Origin: an uncultured virus (IMG/VR IMGVR_UViG_3300035187_001477)
Taxonomy: Duplodnaviria > Heunggongvirae > Uroviricota > Caudoviricetes > Crassvirales
IMG/VR virus record: IMGVR_UViG_3300035187_001477
Length of the DNA stretch: 64,000 nt
Strand: one strand, 5' to 3'
Positions 20,889 through 28,771 of this stretch are shown one piece after another. The position numbers and the translations under genes were made by a program. The notes under the pieces were generated by a model. It searched no databases. It worked only from the letters and a program-made list of their open reading frames with translations, and was not told the DNA's origin. Every line of letters starts with the position of its first letter. The stretch's first letter is position 1.

Positions 20889-21398
20889 TTAAATTAATAC
20901 ATAGTTATTCTCATCAACTTTCTTTTTCTCATATAGATCAAGAAGTTGTCTTACCGAATTGCCCATTGGCTTCTCGAAGTGTGGAGCATCATAAAATTTC
21001 CAATCGCCACCCCACGTCCAACCATATTGCTTGAAAATGGTTACCACTTCCTGCCAATCAGATTTGCCATCACCATCAAAGTCGGCTTTTACGTCCCAAG
21101 ATGCAGACTCAAATTTACCATCTCCATCTTTGTCAACAATAAGTACGATGTCAATAGCCAACCCATAGTTGTGCATTGATAGACCCGCTTTTGCTTTAGT
21201 CACAACAGGACCGGGAGCCGTTCTTCCTTTTGCAAAAAGAGCATCTTGCTCTTTGAATGTTCTTAACGTATAAGAAAAGCGACACATTGCCTTGCCGGTT
21301 AATGCTTCGCATATCTCAGTATAAATCTGATCAGCCTCCTCACGCAACTTTGGGTGGAGTAGCTTAATTCTTTCTAAAGTAACTGCGTCTTTTCTCAT
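20889..21398 (-). CDS. Endolysin, M15 family (L-Ala-D-Glu peptidase-like)
   Basis: LRTFKEQDALFAKGRT, SMHNYGLAID and WGGDW...DAPHFE motifs. Confidence 0.9.
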   Translation of the reverse strand: MRKDAVTLERIKLLHPKLREEADQIYTEICEALTGKAMCRFSYTLRTFKEQDALFAKGRTAPGPVVTKAKAGLSMHNYGLAIDIVLIVDKDGDGKFESASWDVKADFDGDGKSDWQEVVTIFKQYGWTWGGDWKFYDAPHFEKPMGNSVRQLLDLYEKKKVDENNYVLI

Positions 21399-21685
21399 AA
21401 CATTTTTAATAATTCAATAATAAACTTAAGCGCTCCGAGACCGAGTAAAGTAACAAGAGCATAGAAATATGTCTTATACTTTTTGATGTCAGCCTTGAGT
21501 GCGTAAAACTCTTTCTTTACTTGTCTAAAGTCGCCAATTAGTCCGCTCGCATCTTTGTCAATTGGATTGCCGGTAAGAAGCGTGTGCATATCTTTTACCA
21601 ATTGCTTTACCTCAGCCACGTCATTCTTGAGCGTGTCTAATTCTGCCGCCATAATATCTAATCTATGGTTTTCTTGGATATTCAT
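21395..21685 (-). CDS. Coiled-coil protein with C-terminal TM helix (lysis-associated?)
   Basis: 96 aa, upstream of the endolysin. Confidence 0.5.
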   Translation of the reverse strand: MNIQENHRLDIMAAELDTLKNDVAEVKQLVKDMHTLLTGNPIDKDASGLIGDFRQVKKEFYALKADIKKYKTYFYALVTLLGLGALKFIIELLKML

Positions 21686-21707
21686 TTAACTTGTATTGTG
21701 ATTGCGA

Positions 21708-21965
21708 TTACCATAATGCAATAATATTATTTGCGTTTGTGGTTGAGGCAAACACACGAATTACCTGTACAGGCAAGAAGGTTCCGTTTGGTACGTTTGT
21801 GAAAGTGATGTCATCACCTCCGGCAGTAAGTACACGAAGTGTGCCACCTGTGCCAACATACAATACGCATCCCTCAACCTCACCGTTACCGGGATTTGGA
21901 ATGTCTACTGTGTCACTCTTAGTAACCACAGAAGCACGAGCAGGTTGGAGTTTTTGATATGCCAT
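21708..21965 (-). CDS. Capsid spike-base-like protein (start revised to 21965)
   Basis: VTKSDTVD...LYVGTGGTLRVLTAGGDDITFTNVPNGTFLPVQVIRVFAS resembles the RcGTA Rcc01079-type head spike base. Confidence 0.65.
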   Translation of the reverse strand: MAYQKLQPARASVVTKSDTVDIPNPGNGEVEGCVLYVGTGGTLRVLTAGGDDITFTNVPNGTFLPVQVIRVFASTTNANNIIALW

Positions 21966-21966
21966 T

Positions 21967-22155
21967 TTAATTTGTTTTTTGTTGTTGTTCGTTGTTATTG
22001 TTCTGATAAGGGAATACACGATTAAGTGTATCACGTCTTTTTGCGCAGCCACAGTCTTTACCTGTAGCCTTTGCAACAGTCTCTACTACCTTCTTAATGC
22101 CGGTAGCAGTTGTGATCTTCTCGATAGTGTCCCCAAGTCCTTTACTTTTTTCCAT
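21967..22155 (-). CDS. Conserved small phage protein
   Basis: KSKGLGDTIEKIT...DCGCxxRR pattern. Confidence 0.65.
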   Translation of the reverse strand: MEKSKGLGDTIEKITTATGIKKVVETVAKATGKDCGCAKRRDTLNRVFPYQNNNNEQQQKTN

Positions 22156-22158
22156 ATT

Positions 22159-22242
22159 CTAAAATTTGCCCCAACCCGATTTCTCCATACACTTCAACCG
22201 ATACTCTTCAATCAGCCTGAGAAGTTCAATTATCTTTTTCAT
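22159..22242 (-). CDS. Possible 27-aa peptide (not in ORF track)
   Basis: MKKIIELLRLIEEYRLKCMEKSGWGKF; ATGA coupling to the upstream ORF, fills the gap. Confidence 0.45.
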   Translation of the reverse strand: MKKIIELLRLIEEYRLKCMEKSGWGKF

Positions 22243-22391
22243 TTCTTTTTCTTACCGGCTACTGCCATCTGCTGAAACTTCTTTTTGCCGTATTTATTAC
22301 GACCTATAGAAGCAACAATGGCATCAGCCCTTTTGGGACTGATGCCTTGCTTCTTCTGAATCTTATTTGACAGCGTACTAAACTTGCTCAT
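22239..22391 (-). CDS. 50-aa basic protein (not in ORF track)
   Basis: MSKFSTLSNKIQKKQGISPKRADAIVASIGRNKYGKKKFQQMAVAGKKKK. Confidence 0.65.
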   Translation of the reverse strand: MSKFSTLSNKIQKKQGISPKRADAIVASIGRNKYGKKKFQQMAVAGKKKK

Positions 22392-22785
22392 CTTCCTCGG
22401 ACGGTTTTTCAGGCTCTATGCCTTCAACCCATCCTGCGAGGAATTTGAAGTCTTCGATGCCTTCAGTTGAAAAAGTAAATTGATAAAAGTCAAACGCTTC
22501 ATCGAGTAGCTTCTTCATATCCTTCGCCATTGCCTTGATGCCATCCTTAGTGAATTTGTATTCACCTTTGTCATTCAATTCCAATACACCATTTGATGTA
22601 GTGAAAGCGTGGTCAAGACGAATGTCCTCTCTCTTTTCGTTGTAACTCTCAAAAAGAGGTTTGATTTTCTCAGCGATCTTTTTAAGCTTCGCTTCTGCTT
22701 TGCTACCTTTTTCAGCAGGAGTCATATTTAGTGCACGCACTAAGTCTAATAACTCCGCATTTGATTTGCTAACTTTTGTTGCCAT
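22378..22785 (-). CDS. Hypothetical protein (start revised to 22785)
   Basis: ATG preceded by AATCAAATCAA and a TATATTTG element. Confidence 0.65.
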   Translation of the reverse strand: MATKVSKSNAELLDLVRALNMTPAEKGSKAEAKLKKIAEKIKPLFESYNEKREDIRLDHAFTTSNGVLELNDKGEYKFTKDGIKAMAKDMKKLLDEAFDFYQFTFSTEGIEDFKFLAGWVEGIEPEKPSEEDEQV

Positions 22786-22806
22786 TTGATTTGATTTTAA
22801 TTTGAA

Positions 22807-22814
22807 CAAATATA
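22807..22814 (-). promoter_or_regulatory. -7 promoter element TATATTTG
   Basis: TAnnTTTG in the intergenic gap, 21 nt before the ATG. Confidence 0.55.
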
Positions 22815-23150
22815 CTAAACTTTAGAAACTCTTTTACCCATTCCAACCCTGCTCTTCTCAGCTTTTTTTGCAGCAAGTTTGGAAGGTGATATTTCACTCT
22901 TTGTTTTCGGTGTCTTTGAAGACACTCGCTTGGTTGGTCGGCAGTATTCATTACCACCTCCTGCACCACAGGCTTTGCCTGTTCGGGTATCCACCCACTT
23001 CTCGCTTTGCCATCTTTTCAAGCTCGTACCTGTCTCTGTCCTTCGGACAGTTCCGGATGCCTTCCTGCATTTTGCAATAGCTTGTGAAGCTCTTGCAGAT
23101 GGAAAGACATCATACGATGCTTTGACTTTTCTATAACAAGCGTCTTTCAT
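22815..23150 (-). CDS. Basic conserved phage protein
   Basis: SLKRWQSEKWVD...CG...YCRPTKRVSSKTPKT pattern; very K/R-rich. Confidence 0.65.
   Translation of the reverse strand: MKDACYRKVKASYDVFPSARASQAIAKCRKASGTVRRTETGTSLKRWQSEKWVDTRTGKACGAGGGNEYCRPTKRVSSKTPKTKSEISPSKLAAKKAEKSRVGMGKRVSKV
22910..22925 (-). repeat. 16-bp palindrome, copy 2 of 8 (coding)
   Basis: GTGTCTTTGAAGACAC on +. Confidence 0.95.
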
Positions 23151-23332
23151 TACTTCTTTTCAGACATTCTGATTTTACGGTCTTCAACTCGTGCAGCTCT
23201 TCCAAGAATCCTGTCGGCTTTTTTCTCACGACCCTCATCTACAGCTTTGTTGCCTTTAGCCACAAGCTTGTCTTCTCTTTTCTGCAAACGATCAATTACG
23301 TTATTCCTAAATGGTATGCTATTGTAATCCAT
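23150..23332 (-). CDS. Small basic hypothetical protein
   Basis: 60 aa, stop/start coupled to neighbours. Confidence 0.6.
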   Translation of the reverse strand: MDYNSIPFRNNVIDRLQKREDKLVAKGNKAVDEGREKKADRILGRAARVEDRKIRMSEKK

Positions 23333-23622
23333 TAGTATTTCCCTTTACGTGATTTAGGAGATGATTGCGTTGAGCCACCGGGACCTGCCCATAAGTTTTT
23401 ACACGCCCAATACTTTGCGCTTAACTTGTTGTTGGCTTCACTGCAACCGTGTCTTGCTCGAAATGAAGACCGTGCCGCTGCTGAATAGTTATGACCATAA
23501 CCCTTTGCACCGAAGTGAATAAGCTTCTCTTGCCCATTTGCACAGGCTTTCACCATTCGCTTCTTGCCGGGTCGATCTGAAGCAACGACACGGTTACATT
23601 TCATTTTCGATTTAGTTGCCAT
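23332..23622 (-). CDS. Basic conserved phage protein
   Basis: KLIHFGAKGY...ARSSFRARHGC...SAKYWACKNLW pattern. Confidence 0.65.
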   Translation of the reverse strand: MATKSKMKCNRVVASDRPGKKRMVKACANGQEKLIHFGAKGYGHNYSAAARSSFRARHGCSEANNKLSAKYWACKNLWAGPGGSTQSSPKSRKGKY

Positions 23623-24197
23623 TACTTCTTTTTCTTTGCAGCTTTCTTAACGAGAGCTTTAGCAACTTTCTTAGCAGCAGCTTTCTTTACCATTCCTTTA
23701 CCGGAAGATACAGGAGCTTGAAGCATAGAAGAAGCAGGCAAGTTTGGTTTTGCTTTTTTCATCGCTTTTGTTTTTGTGGGGTTAGTAATTATTTTTTGGG
23801 CTTTTTTGGTTTTGGCATTGTCGCTGCCTTCACCTTTTGTGTGCAAGGAGTCATCTTCTTTTATTTTATTAGTGATAATATCTTTACCTTTTGTAACGGT
23901 AACCTTTCCGTCTGACACATCAACCTTCATTGATTCTGTTTTATCTTTCGATACTTCAGTGATCAACTCTTTGATGATGGTTATCTCAGGCTTATCTTCT
24001 TTTTCTTTTGCTCCAACAATGTGTTGCAGTATTCCAATCAGCGCCATTGAACTCGTAGCAACAAGTCCAATTACTGCCGGCAGTACACTACTATCTAAGA
24101 ACATAGAGCTCCCTACACCAATCAACACAAGAAGTGTGATATAGTTGATGGCGTTTTTACCCAAATGCTTAGAAGCTATTTCTCTTGCCGATTCCAT
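23622..24197 (-). CDS. Membrane protein with histone-H1-like K/A-rich tail (possible internal start at 23762)
   Basis: Two N-terminal TM helices; C-terminus KKAAAKKVAKALVKKAAKKKK. Confidence 0.6.
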   Translation of the reverse strand: MESAREIASKHLGKNAINYITLLVLIGVGSSMFLDSSVLPAVIGLVATSSMALIGILQHIVGAKEKEDKPEITIIKELITEVSKDKTESMKVDVSDGKVTVTKGKDIITNKIKEDDSLHTKGEGSDNAKTKKAQKIITNPTKTKAMKKAKPNLPASSMLQAPVSSGKGMVKKAAAKKVAKALVKKAAKKKK

Positions 24198-24201
24198 TAT
24201 C

Positions 24202-24221
24202 TATCTTTGTTCACAAATATA
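24202..24221. promoter_or_regulatory. Face-to-face -7 elements (TATCTTTG + at 24202; TATATTTG - at 24214) for divergent genes
   Basis: Both TAnnTTTG motifs lie in a 29-bp gap between divergent ATGs. Confidence 0.6.
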
Positions 24222-24226
24222 ATAAA

Positions 24227-24688
24227 ATGAAATCAAATTTTGACGATTACTTAAAATATTGGAGGGTCATTCGCCAATACATAAAGGCGAGGTACGAGCT
24301 CTCTCAGGCAGACCTTGATATGCTGCTGTTTCTCTACTCGGAAGGATACTTCGGAAAGGATAAGTTTAGGGAGTTCGCCCAACTCGTTTCGTGGGACGTG
24401 AACAGGTTTGACCGGCTACTCACTCAGGGATGGATAGAAAACTTCAGAGCCGGCAGGCGTGGGGTGAAAGGGTTATACTGTTTGTCTTACAAAGCCAAGC
24501 GGATGATCGGCTCCATCTACAAGAAGCTGTCGGGTCAGGAGATACCGATGAACGATGTCAACAACCCTATGTTTGCCCGGAATGTAAAGTTCACCGACAA
24601 GGTGTACCGCAACTTCATCATACAGATGAACGAGGACACCCGTAAGGCTAAGGCTACAGGACAACTACCACATCACGTTCCTGAATGA
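24227..24688 (+). CDS. Putative winged-helix DNA-binding protein (start revised to 24227)
   Basis: MarR-like pattern YELSQADLDMLLFLY...FDRLLTQGWIE...LYCLSYKAK. Confidence 0.55.
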   Translation: MKSNFDDYLKYWRVIRQYIKARYELSQADLDMLLFLYSEGYFGKDKFREFAQLVSWDVNRFDRLLTQGWIENFRAGRRGVKGLYCLSYKAKRMIGSIYKKLSGQEIPMNDVNNPMFARNVKFTDKVYRNFIIQMNEDTRKAKATGQLPHHVPE

Positions 24689-24911
24689 TCGTGAAGGGCT
24701 CGTCCCCGATAATCATCGTATAGCTCTGCGCCTTGTCGTAGTAGATCTCATCTCCTTCGGAGATAGAGTGGACCTCAGTGCCGGGGGTTACCACCTTGCC
24801 ACGCTTGTAGCGTAGCTGATTGGTATCCTCACCCGACAGGACAAGTCCTGACGAGGTCTTTACCTCTTCGTCTACTTGTCTGATTACTATGTTCTTACCT
24901 ATAGCTTTCAT
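24654..24911 (-). CDS. groES: Co-chaperonin GroES-like
   Basis: EEVKTSSGLVL mobile loop, GKVVTPG, EGDEIYY, IIQERDVVVVL. Confidence 0.85.
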   Translation of the reverse strand: MKAIGKNIVIRQVDEEVKTSSGLVLSGEDTNQLRYKRGKVVTPGTEVHSISEGDEIYYDKAQSYTMIIGDEPFTIIQERDVVVVL

Positions 24912-25089
24912 CGTCTCGTTTTATTTCAGTCCAATGTCCACACTTAGGACACTCTAATAAATCACCGTGGTGTAGTTCCACGTGGAACTCTGACCACTCA
25001 ATCTTGCTTGCCTCCACAAGGGCAAGCCATTTGAAGTTGCATTGGTCGCACTCCATCGGGTATGCTACGTTCTCTTGCCCTACGTTCAT
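24895..25089 (-). CDS. Zinc-ribbon protein
   Basis: CDQC...CPKC. Confidence 0.6.
   Translation of the reverse strand: MNVGQENVAYPMECDQCNFKWLALVEASKIEWSEFHVELHHGDLLECPKCGHWTEIKRDDESYR
24974..24989. promoter_or_regulatory. parS-like perfect palindrome AGTTCCACGTGGAACT
   Basis: 14-bp core GTTCCACGTGGAAC matches the parS core; outer bases differ. Confidence 0.35.
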
Positions 25090-25538
25090 ATACCCAAAAG
25101 ATCTATTCGTTCATCCAAACAGGTCAGGTAGGTCTTCATGGCCATAAGCTGAATGCTCAAGAGCGCACGGTTGTTCTTGTCCAACTCATAAAACTTAGAG
25201 GACTCAACAAAGGATTTGAGCTTATTAAACTTCTCCTCTAACTGATCGTGCTCGTCTTTCAGACGTGTTTTGAAATCCCCCTCCTCAGCTTTATCGTAGG
25301 TTACATCAAAGATGTAAGGCTTGCATGGATAGTATTCACCTTTTACCCCACGAATGATATAATCTCCGGTAGAGGCAGTCATATTACCCTCAAGAGTTGG
25401 AACAGATAGTTTAATCTCATCTCCGATTAGGTCAATCTTTACTTTATGACTTGACCATTTATTTATTAGTTCTGCATTGTCAAGGCTACCGTTAAACTGA
25501 ATAGCTTCGATGATTACGGGTTTCTTTTTGTATCTCAT
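25086..25538 (-). CDS. Two-domain phage protein (KKPV...GDYIIRGVKGEYYPCKP domain plus crAss001_48-like helical hairpin)
   Basis: Motif recognition of both halves. Confidence 0.55.
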   Translation of the reverse strand: MRYKKKPVIIEAIQFNGSLDNAELINKWSSHKVKIDLIGDEIKLSVPTLEGNMTASTGDYIIRGVKGEYYPCKPYIFDVTYDKAEEGDFKTRLKDEHDQLEEKFNKLKSFVESSKFYELDKNNRALLSIQLMAMKTYLTCLDERIDLLGI

Positions 25539-27133
25539 TTGGTTTCGTATGAGCGTGCCATTGTTATGATGGCATTGGTGGATAATATGGTGGTCGCTAC
25601 GCTGATGGCGTTCTGTAGTGCTGAGCGTGTCACCTTCAGTGGGTCAATCACACCCATCTTGATTAGATCGCCCATCTGCTTGGTCTTTACATTGAGACCC
25701 ACTCCCTCTTGAATGTCATGGGTATAATGGTCTTCAGCCTTCAGTCCTGCGTTCTCAAGGATCTGCTCAAGGGGCGCTTTAAGTGCTGTCTGCAGTATCT
25801 GTGCTGCTATGTCCTGCTCCTCTTGGGTGATCTCACCCAAAAGGTCGAAGACCTCAACTTCGTACAAGGCCTTACCACCACCGGGCAGGATACCCTCCTC
25901 AAGTGCGGAACGCACAGCATGCACCGCATCGTCAACCCTGTCGTACAACTCTTTCTGCTCAAGGTCAGTGTTTCCACCTACGTAGATCACTCCAATGCCT
26001 CCCGTCAGGGAGGCAATGCGAGACAATATGTGATCCTTGTCAGCCTTCTTCTTAGCCACAGCATGCGCCTCCCAAAGCTGAGCCACACGCTCGTCAACCT
26101 TTTCAGGTTGGAGCTTGAGGTCAGATTTGATGATGATCGTGCTGTCTCTACCAACTATCACCTTGGCGGCATGGCCCAAGTCAGCGTAGCTGATTTGACT
26201 CAGGTCATCACCCGTTTTCTCGCTGAAGTATGTCGCCCCTACTGACACCGCTAAGTCCTGCATCAGCTCATGCTGCTTGTACCCAAAGCTCGGAGGCTGT
26301 ATCGCACAAAGCTTAAGGTTGTTCTTCATTACGTTAGCCGCAAGGGTGTTCACCACGTTTACGTGGCAGTTCGATACTATCAACAACTTCTTACCCTCTT
26401 GGATAATTGGTTTCAATACCCCCTCGATCTGAAGAATGTTCCCAATCTCAATGTCAGCCACGAGCACCATCACGTCCTCAAACACACACTCGTCCCGACT
26501 CTGATCGTTAATGAACAGTGGGCTCATATACCCCCTGTCAATCTTTAGACCCTTGGTGGTCTCGGCATACGTCTCAGCCGTCTGACTCCGCTCCACGGTA
26601 ACAATCCCACTACGCCCCACGTCCTTATACACCTCGGCAATAATCCTACCTATCTCACGGTCATTGTTCGCAGAGATGGAGGCAATGTCCACAAGCATTG
26701 AGCTCGAGACTTTCTTGGCACGCCTGCGCAGCTTGTCCACCACCTTGCCACTTATGTCCACCATATTGCGTAGCACCTCGGTGCGGTTATGGTGTGGTTT
26801 AATGTGGCTGATGCCACCCTCCACAAGCGCCTCAGTCAAGACAATGGCTGTAGTCGTACCATCACCGGCAAGTGTTGCCGTACGATCCGCTGCCTCCTTC
26901 ATCATCTTAACCGCAAGGTTCTCGACAGGGTCAATTAAGTCGACTGCTTTAGCCACGGTCACACCGTCTTTAGTGACGGTGATTCCGTGGGTATGTTGGG
27001 GGGATTCTATAAGTACTGTATTACCGGAAGGTCCTAACGTGCTTTTTACCGCACCTGAAATCTTTTTGATACCGGAAACCAATTTAGCCTGCCCTTCTTC
27101 TGAAAAGAACAGTTCTTTAGGAGAGTATTCCAT
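25535..27133 (-). CDS. groEL: Chaperonin GroEL
   Basis: STLGPSG, VTKDGVTVA, AGDGTTTA, ALEEGILPGGG, GVIDPLKVTRSALQNA; lacks the GGM tail. Confidence 0.97.
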   Translation of the reverse strand: MEYSPKELFFSEEGQAKLVSGIKKISGAVKSTLGPSGNTVLIESPQHTHGITVTKDGVTVAKAVDLIDPVENLAVKMMKEAADRTATLAGDGTTTAIVLTEALVEGGISHIKPHHNRTEVLRNMVDISGKVVDKLRRRAKKVSSSMLVDIASISANNDREIGRIIAEVYKDVGRSGIVTVERSQTAETYAETTKGLKIDRGYMSPLFINDQSRDECVFEDVMVLVADIEIGNILQIEGVLKPIIQEGKKLLIVSNCHVNVVNTLAANVMKNNLKLCAIQPPSFGYKQHELMQDLAVSVGATYFSEKTGDDLSQISYADLGHAAKVIVGRDSTIIIKSDLKLQPEKVDERVAQLWEAHAVAKKKADKDHILSRIASLTGGIGVIYVGGNTDLEQKELYDRVDDAVHAVRSALEEGILPGGGKALYEVEVFDLLGEITQEEQDIAAQILQTALKAPLEQILENAGLKAEDHYTHDIQEGVGLNVKTKQMGDLIKMGVIDPLKVTRSALQNAISVATTILSTNAIITMARSYETK

Positions 27134-27154
27134 TTGATTTGATTTGAATGTTCA

Positions 27155-27162
27155 CAAAAATA
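27155..27162 (-). promoter_or_regulatory. -7 promoter element TATTTTTG for groEL
   Basis: TAnnTTTG 21 nt upstream of the ATG, followed by TTCAAATCAAATCAA. Confidence 0.5.
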
Positions 27163-27404
27163 ATAATCTCGGTTCATTTGACAAAGCTTATAGCAATAAA
27201 TATTCAGAGAATAAAACTATTGCTATAAGTATGTCACAATCTTCCTCCCCTATTATATATATATATTTACCTCCTTTTATTAAGAAATTTATGATTAGAG
27301 TTCATTTTCAAAATCGACATAATTGACAGTATATTAATAATCAATTAGTTAGACGACATAAAAACAACATAGTATTGATAGATAATCAGGTAATATATAA
27401 AAAC

Positions 27405-27435
27405 AAAAAGAGGGACCATAGAAATAGCCCCTCTT
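27405..27435 (-). terminator. Intrinsic terminator
   Basis: AGAGGG stem plus T-tract on the minus strand after ORF 27457..27666. Confidence 0.6.
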
Positions 27436-27456
27436 CAAATCAACGATTGCTTGCCA

Positions 27457-27666
27457 TTAGTCATCGTCTTTCATACGAGACTCTCTTAAAGACTCTACCA
27501 AATCAGCTTTCATCTCAGCCTGAAACATTGCCTCACTCATAGTGGCAATCTTCTCAGCACGCTTCAACTCCTTCTTAATTTGTACAGCCTGTTGGATACC
27601 GGTAACATCGTTAGGACGGGTGTTAATCAACCTCCCGTTCTTAACTGTAAGATCATTGTATTTCAT
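27457..27666 (-). CDS. Hypothetical protein
   Basis: 69 aa with its own promoter element (TATATTTG at 27683-27690) and terminator. Confidence 0.65.
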   Translation of the reverse strand: MKYNDLTVKNGRLINTRPNDVTGIQQAVQIKKELKRAEKIATMSEAMFQAEMKADLVESLRESRMKDDD

Positions 27667-27950
27667 AACTACGTAGTTTCCTCAAATATAAAAAAAATTT
27701 AGATACCCGTAGTGCGGAGGTAATATACCGGTTTTGCGCAGATGGACCCGATCCGAAAACGACTTTGTTTTGAAGGGGTGGGGGTCTGAAATGGTCGGGC
27801 TCTTGCGGATTTTTTGCCTTTTTCCCTCCTGCTCCTGCGCCCTGCTCCTGCTCCCTGTCTTGCGTCCGCTCCTCCTCCCCTCCGGTCCTCCGGTTACCGG
27901 TCACCGGCTGCCGGTCCTCCTCCGGTTGCGCCCCTCCTCCCCTCCGCCCT

Positions 27951-27966
27951 GTGTCTTCAAAGACAC
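27951..27966 (+). repeat. 16-bp palindrome, copy 3 of 8 (intergenic)
   Basis: GTGTCTTCAAAGACAC. Confidence 0.95.
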
Positions 27967-28121
27967 TAAAAAGAATTAAGAGAAGACGAGAGGAGCGAGG
28001 CTACCTCCCCTCCCCTGTCTGAATGTGCAAACAATTGACAGGGATTGAACACAGGTTAAACATCTGAAAAACAGAACGTGGAAAACGTGTGAAAAATAAT
28101 TTTGAAAAAAAGTAAATAAAA

Positions 28122-28152
28122 TTTGGAATGAACGAGAATTGAACTATATTTG
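28122..28152 (+). promoter_or_regulatory. Consensus Bacteroidota primary-sigma promoter (early)
   Basis: TTTG-N19-TATATTTG. Confidence 0.8.
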
Positions 28153-28171
28153 ATAAAATTTTATACACACT

Positions 28172-28759
28172 ATGAGCAATCTACTACGAATCGAGGCTGA
28201 CTTTCTCCGCAGGTCGGAGGTCGCTTCAGCCCTGCGCTTGCAGGAGGTGCGCACGATACAGCGCACCATCACCAACGCAAAGAAGAAAAAATTTGAGCAA
28301 TCTCTCGCCCTGTCTCAGCACGTAAGCGCAGCGTTCACGTGGTTCAAGTCTGACGAGGGTCAGGCAAAGTTCAGGGAGGAGGGCATCTCGTGGACGGCTG
28401 AAGACTTTGGGCTCAAGGTCTTCGGATGGCAAAAGTCATTTTTTTACAAGATGGTCAAGGTCGCTGCTGTACCTGCTGAGGTAGTCGAGCGCTACAGCGC
28501 ACAGGCTGACGAGAGTGGCGAAGATGCTCAGCGCTCAGTCGAGGAGCTCCTCAGTTTTGCAAGGGCTGCGGAAAGTGGCACAGATGGCGGTGGAGAAGAT
28601 GCTCAGCCACGTGCTGAGGTAGTGCTCAGCCTGTCGTTCAATCATCCTGACGGAAAGGTCACCCTGAAAATTGATGATGCAGGGCAGGTGAAAATCAAAG
28701 GGGCTGAGAGTCTCGAGCAGGTGCGCAACGTATTAAACCAATTTCTAAACCAATTCTAA
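28172..28759 (+). CDS. First early gene; possible HTH DNA-binding protein
   Basis: AEDFGLKVFGWQKSFFYKMVKVAAVPAEVV resembles HTH segments of ParB/KorB- or DUF3102-like proteins. Confidence 0.5.
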   Translation: MSNLLRIEADFLRRSEVASALRLQEVRTIQRTITNAKKKKFEQSLALSQHVSAAFTWFKSDEGQAKFREEGISWTAEDFGLKVFGWQKSFFYKMVKVAAVPAEVVERYSAQADESGEDAQRSVEELLSFARAAESGTDGGGEDAQPRAEVVLSLSFNHPDGKVTLKIDDAGQVKIKGAESLEQVRNVLNQFLNQF

Positions 28760-28771
28760 ACCATACACACT

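Noticed and set aside
25709..27137. Long plus-strand ORFs opposite groEL (and similar shadow ORFs opposite portal, fibres, ejection protein and MCP)
   Set aside because: Antisense shadows of well-supported genes
27653..27979. ORFs 27653..27904 (-) and 27734..27979 (+)
   Set aside because: Low-complexity translations of the skewed non-coding tract
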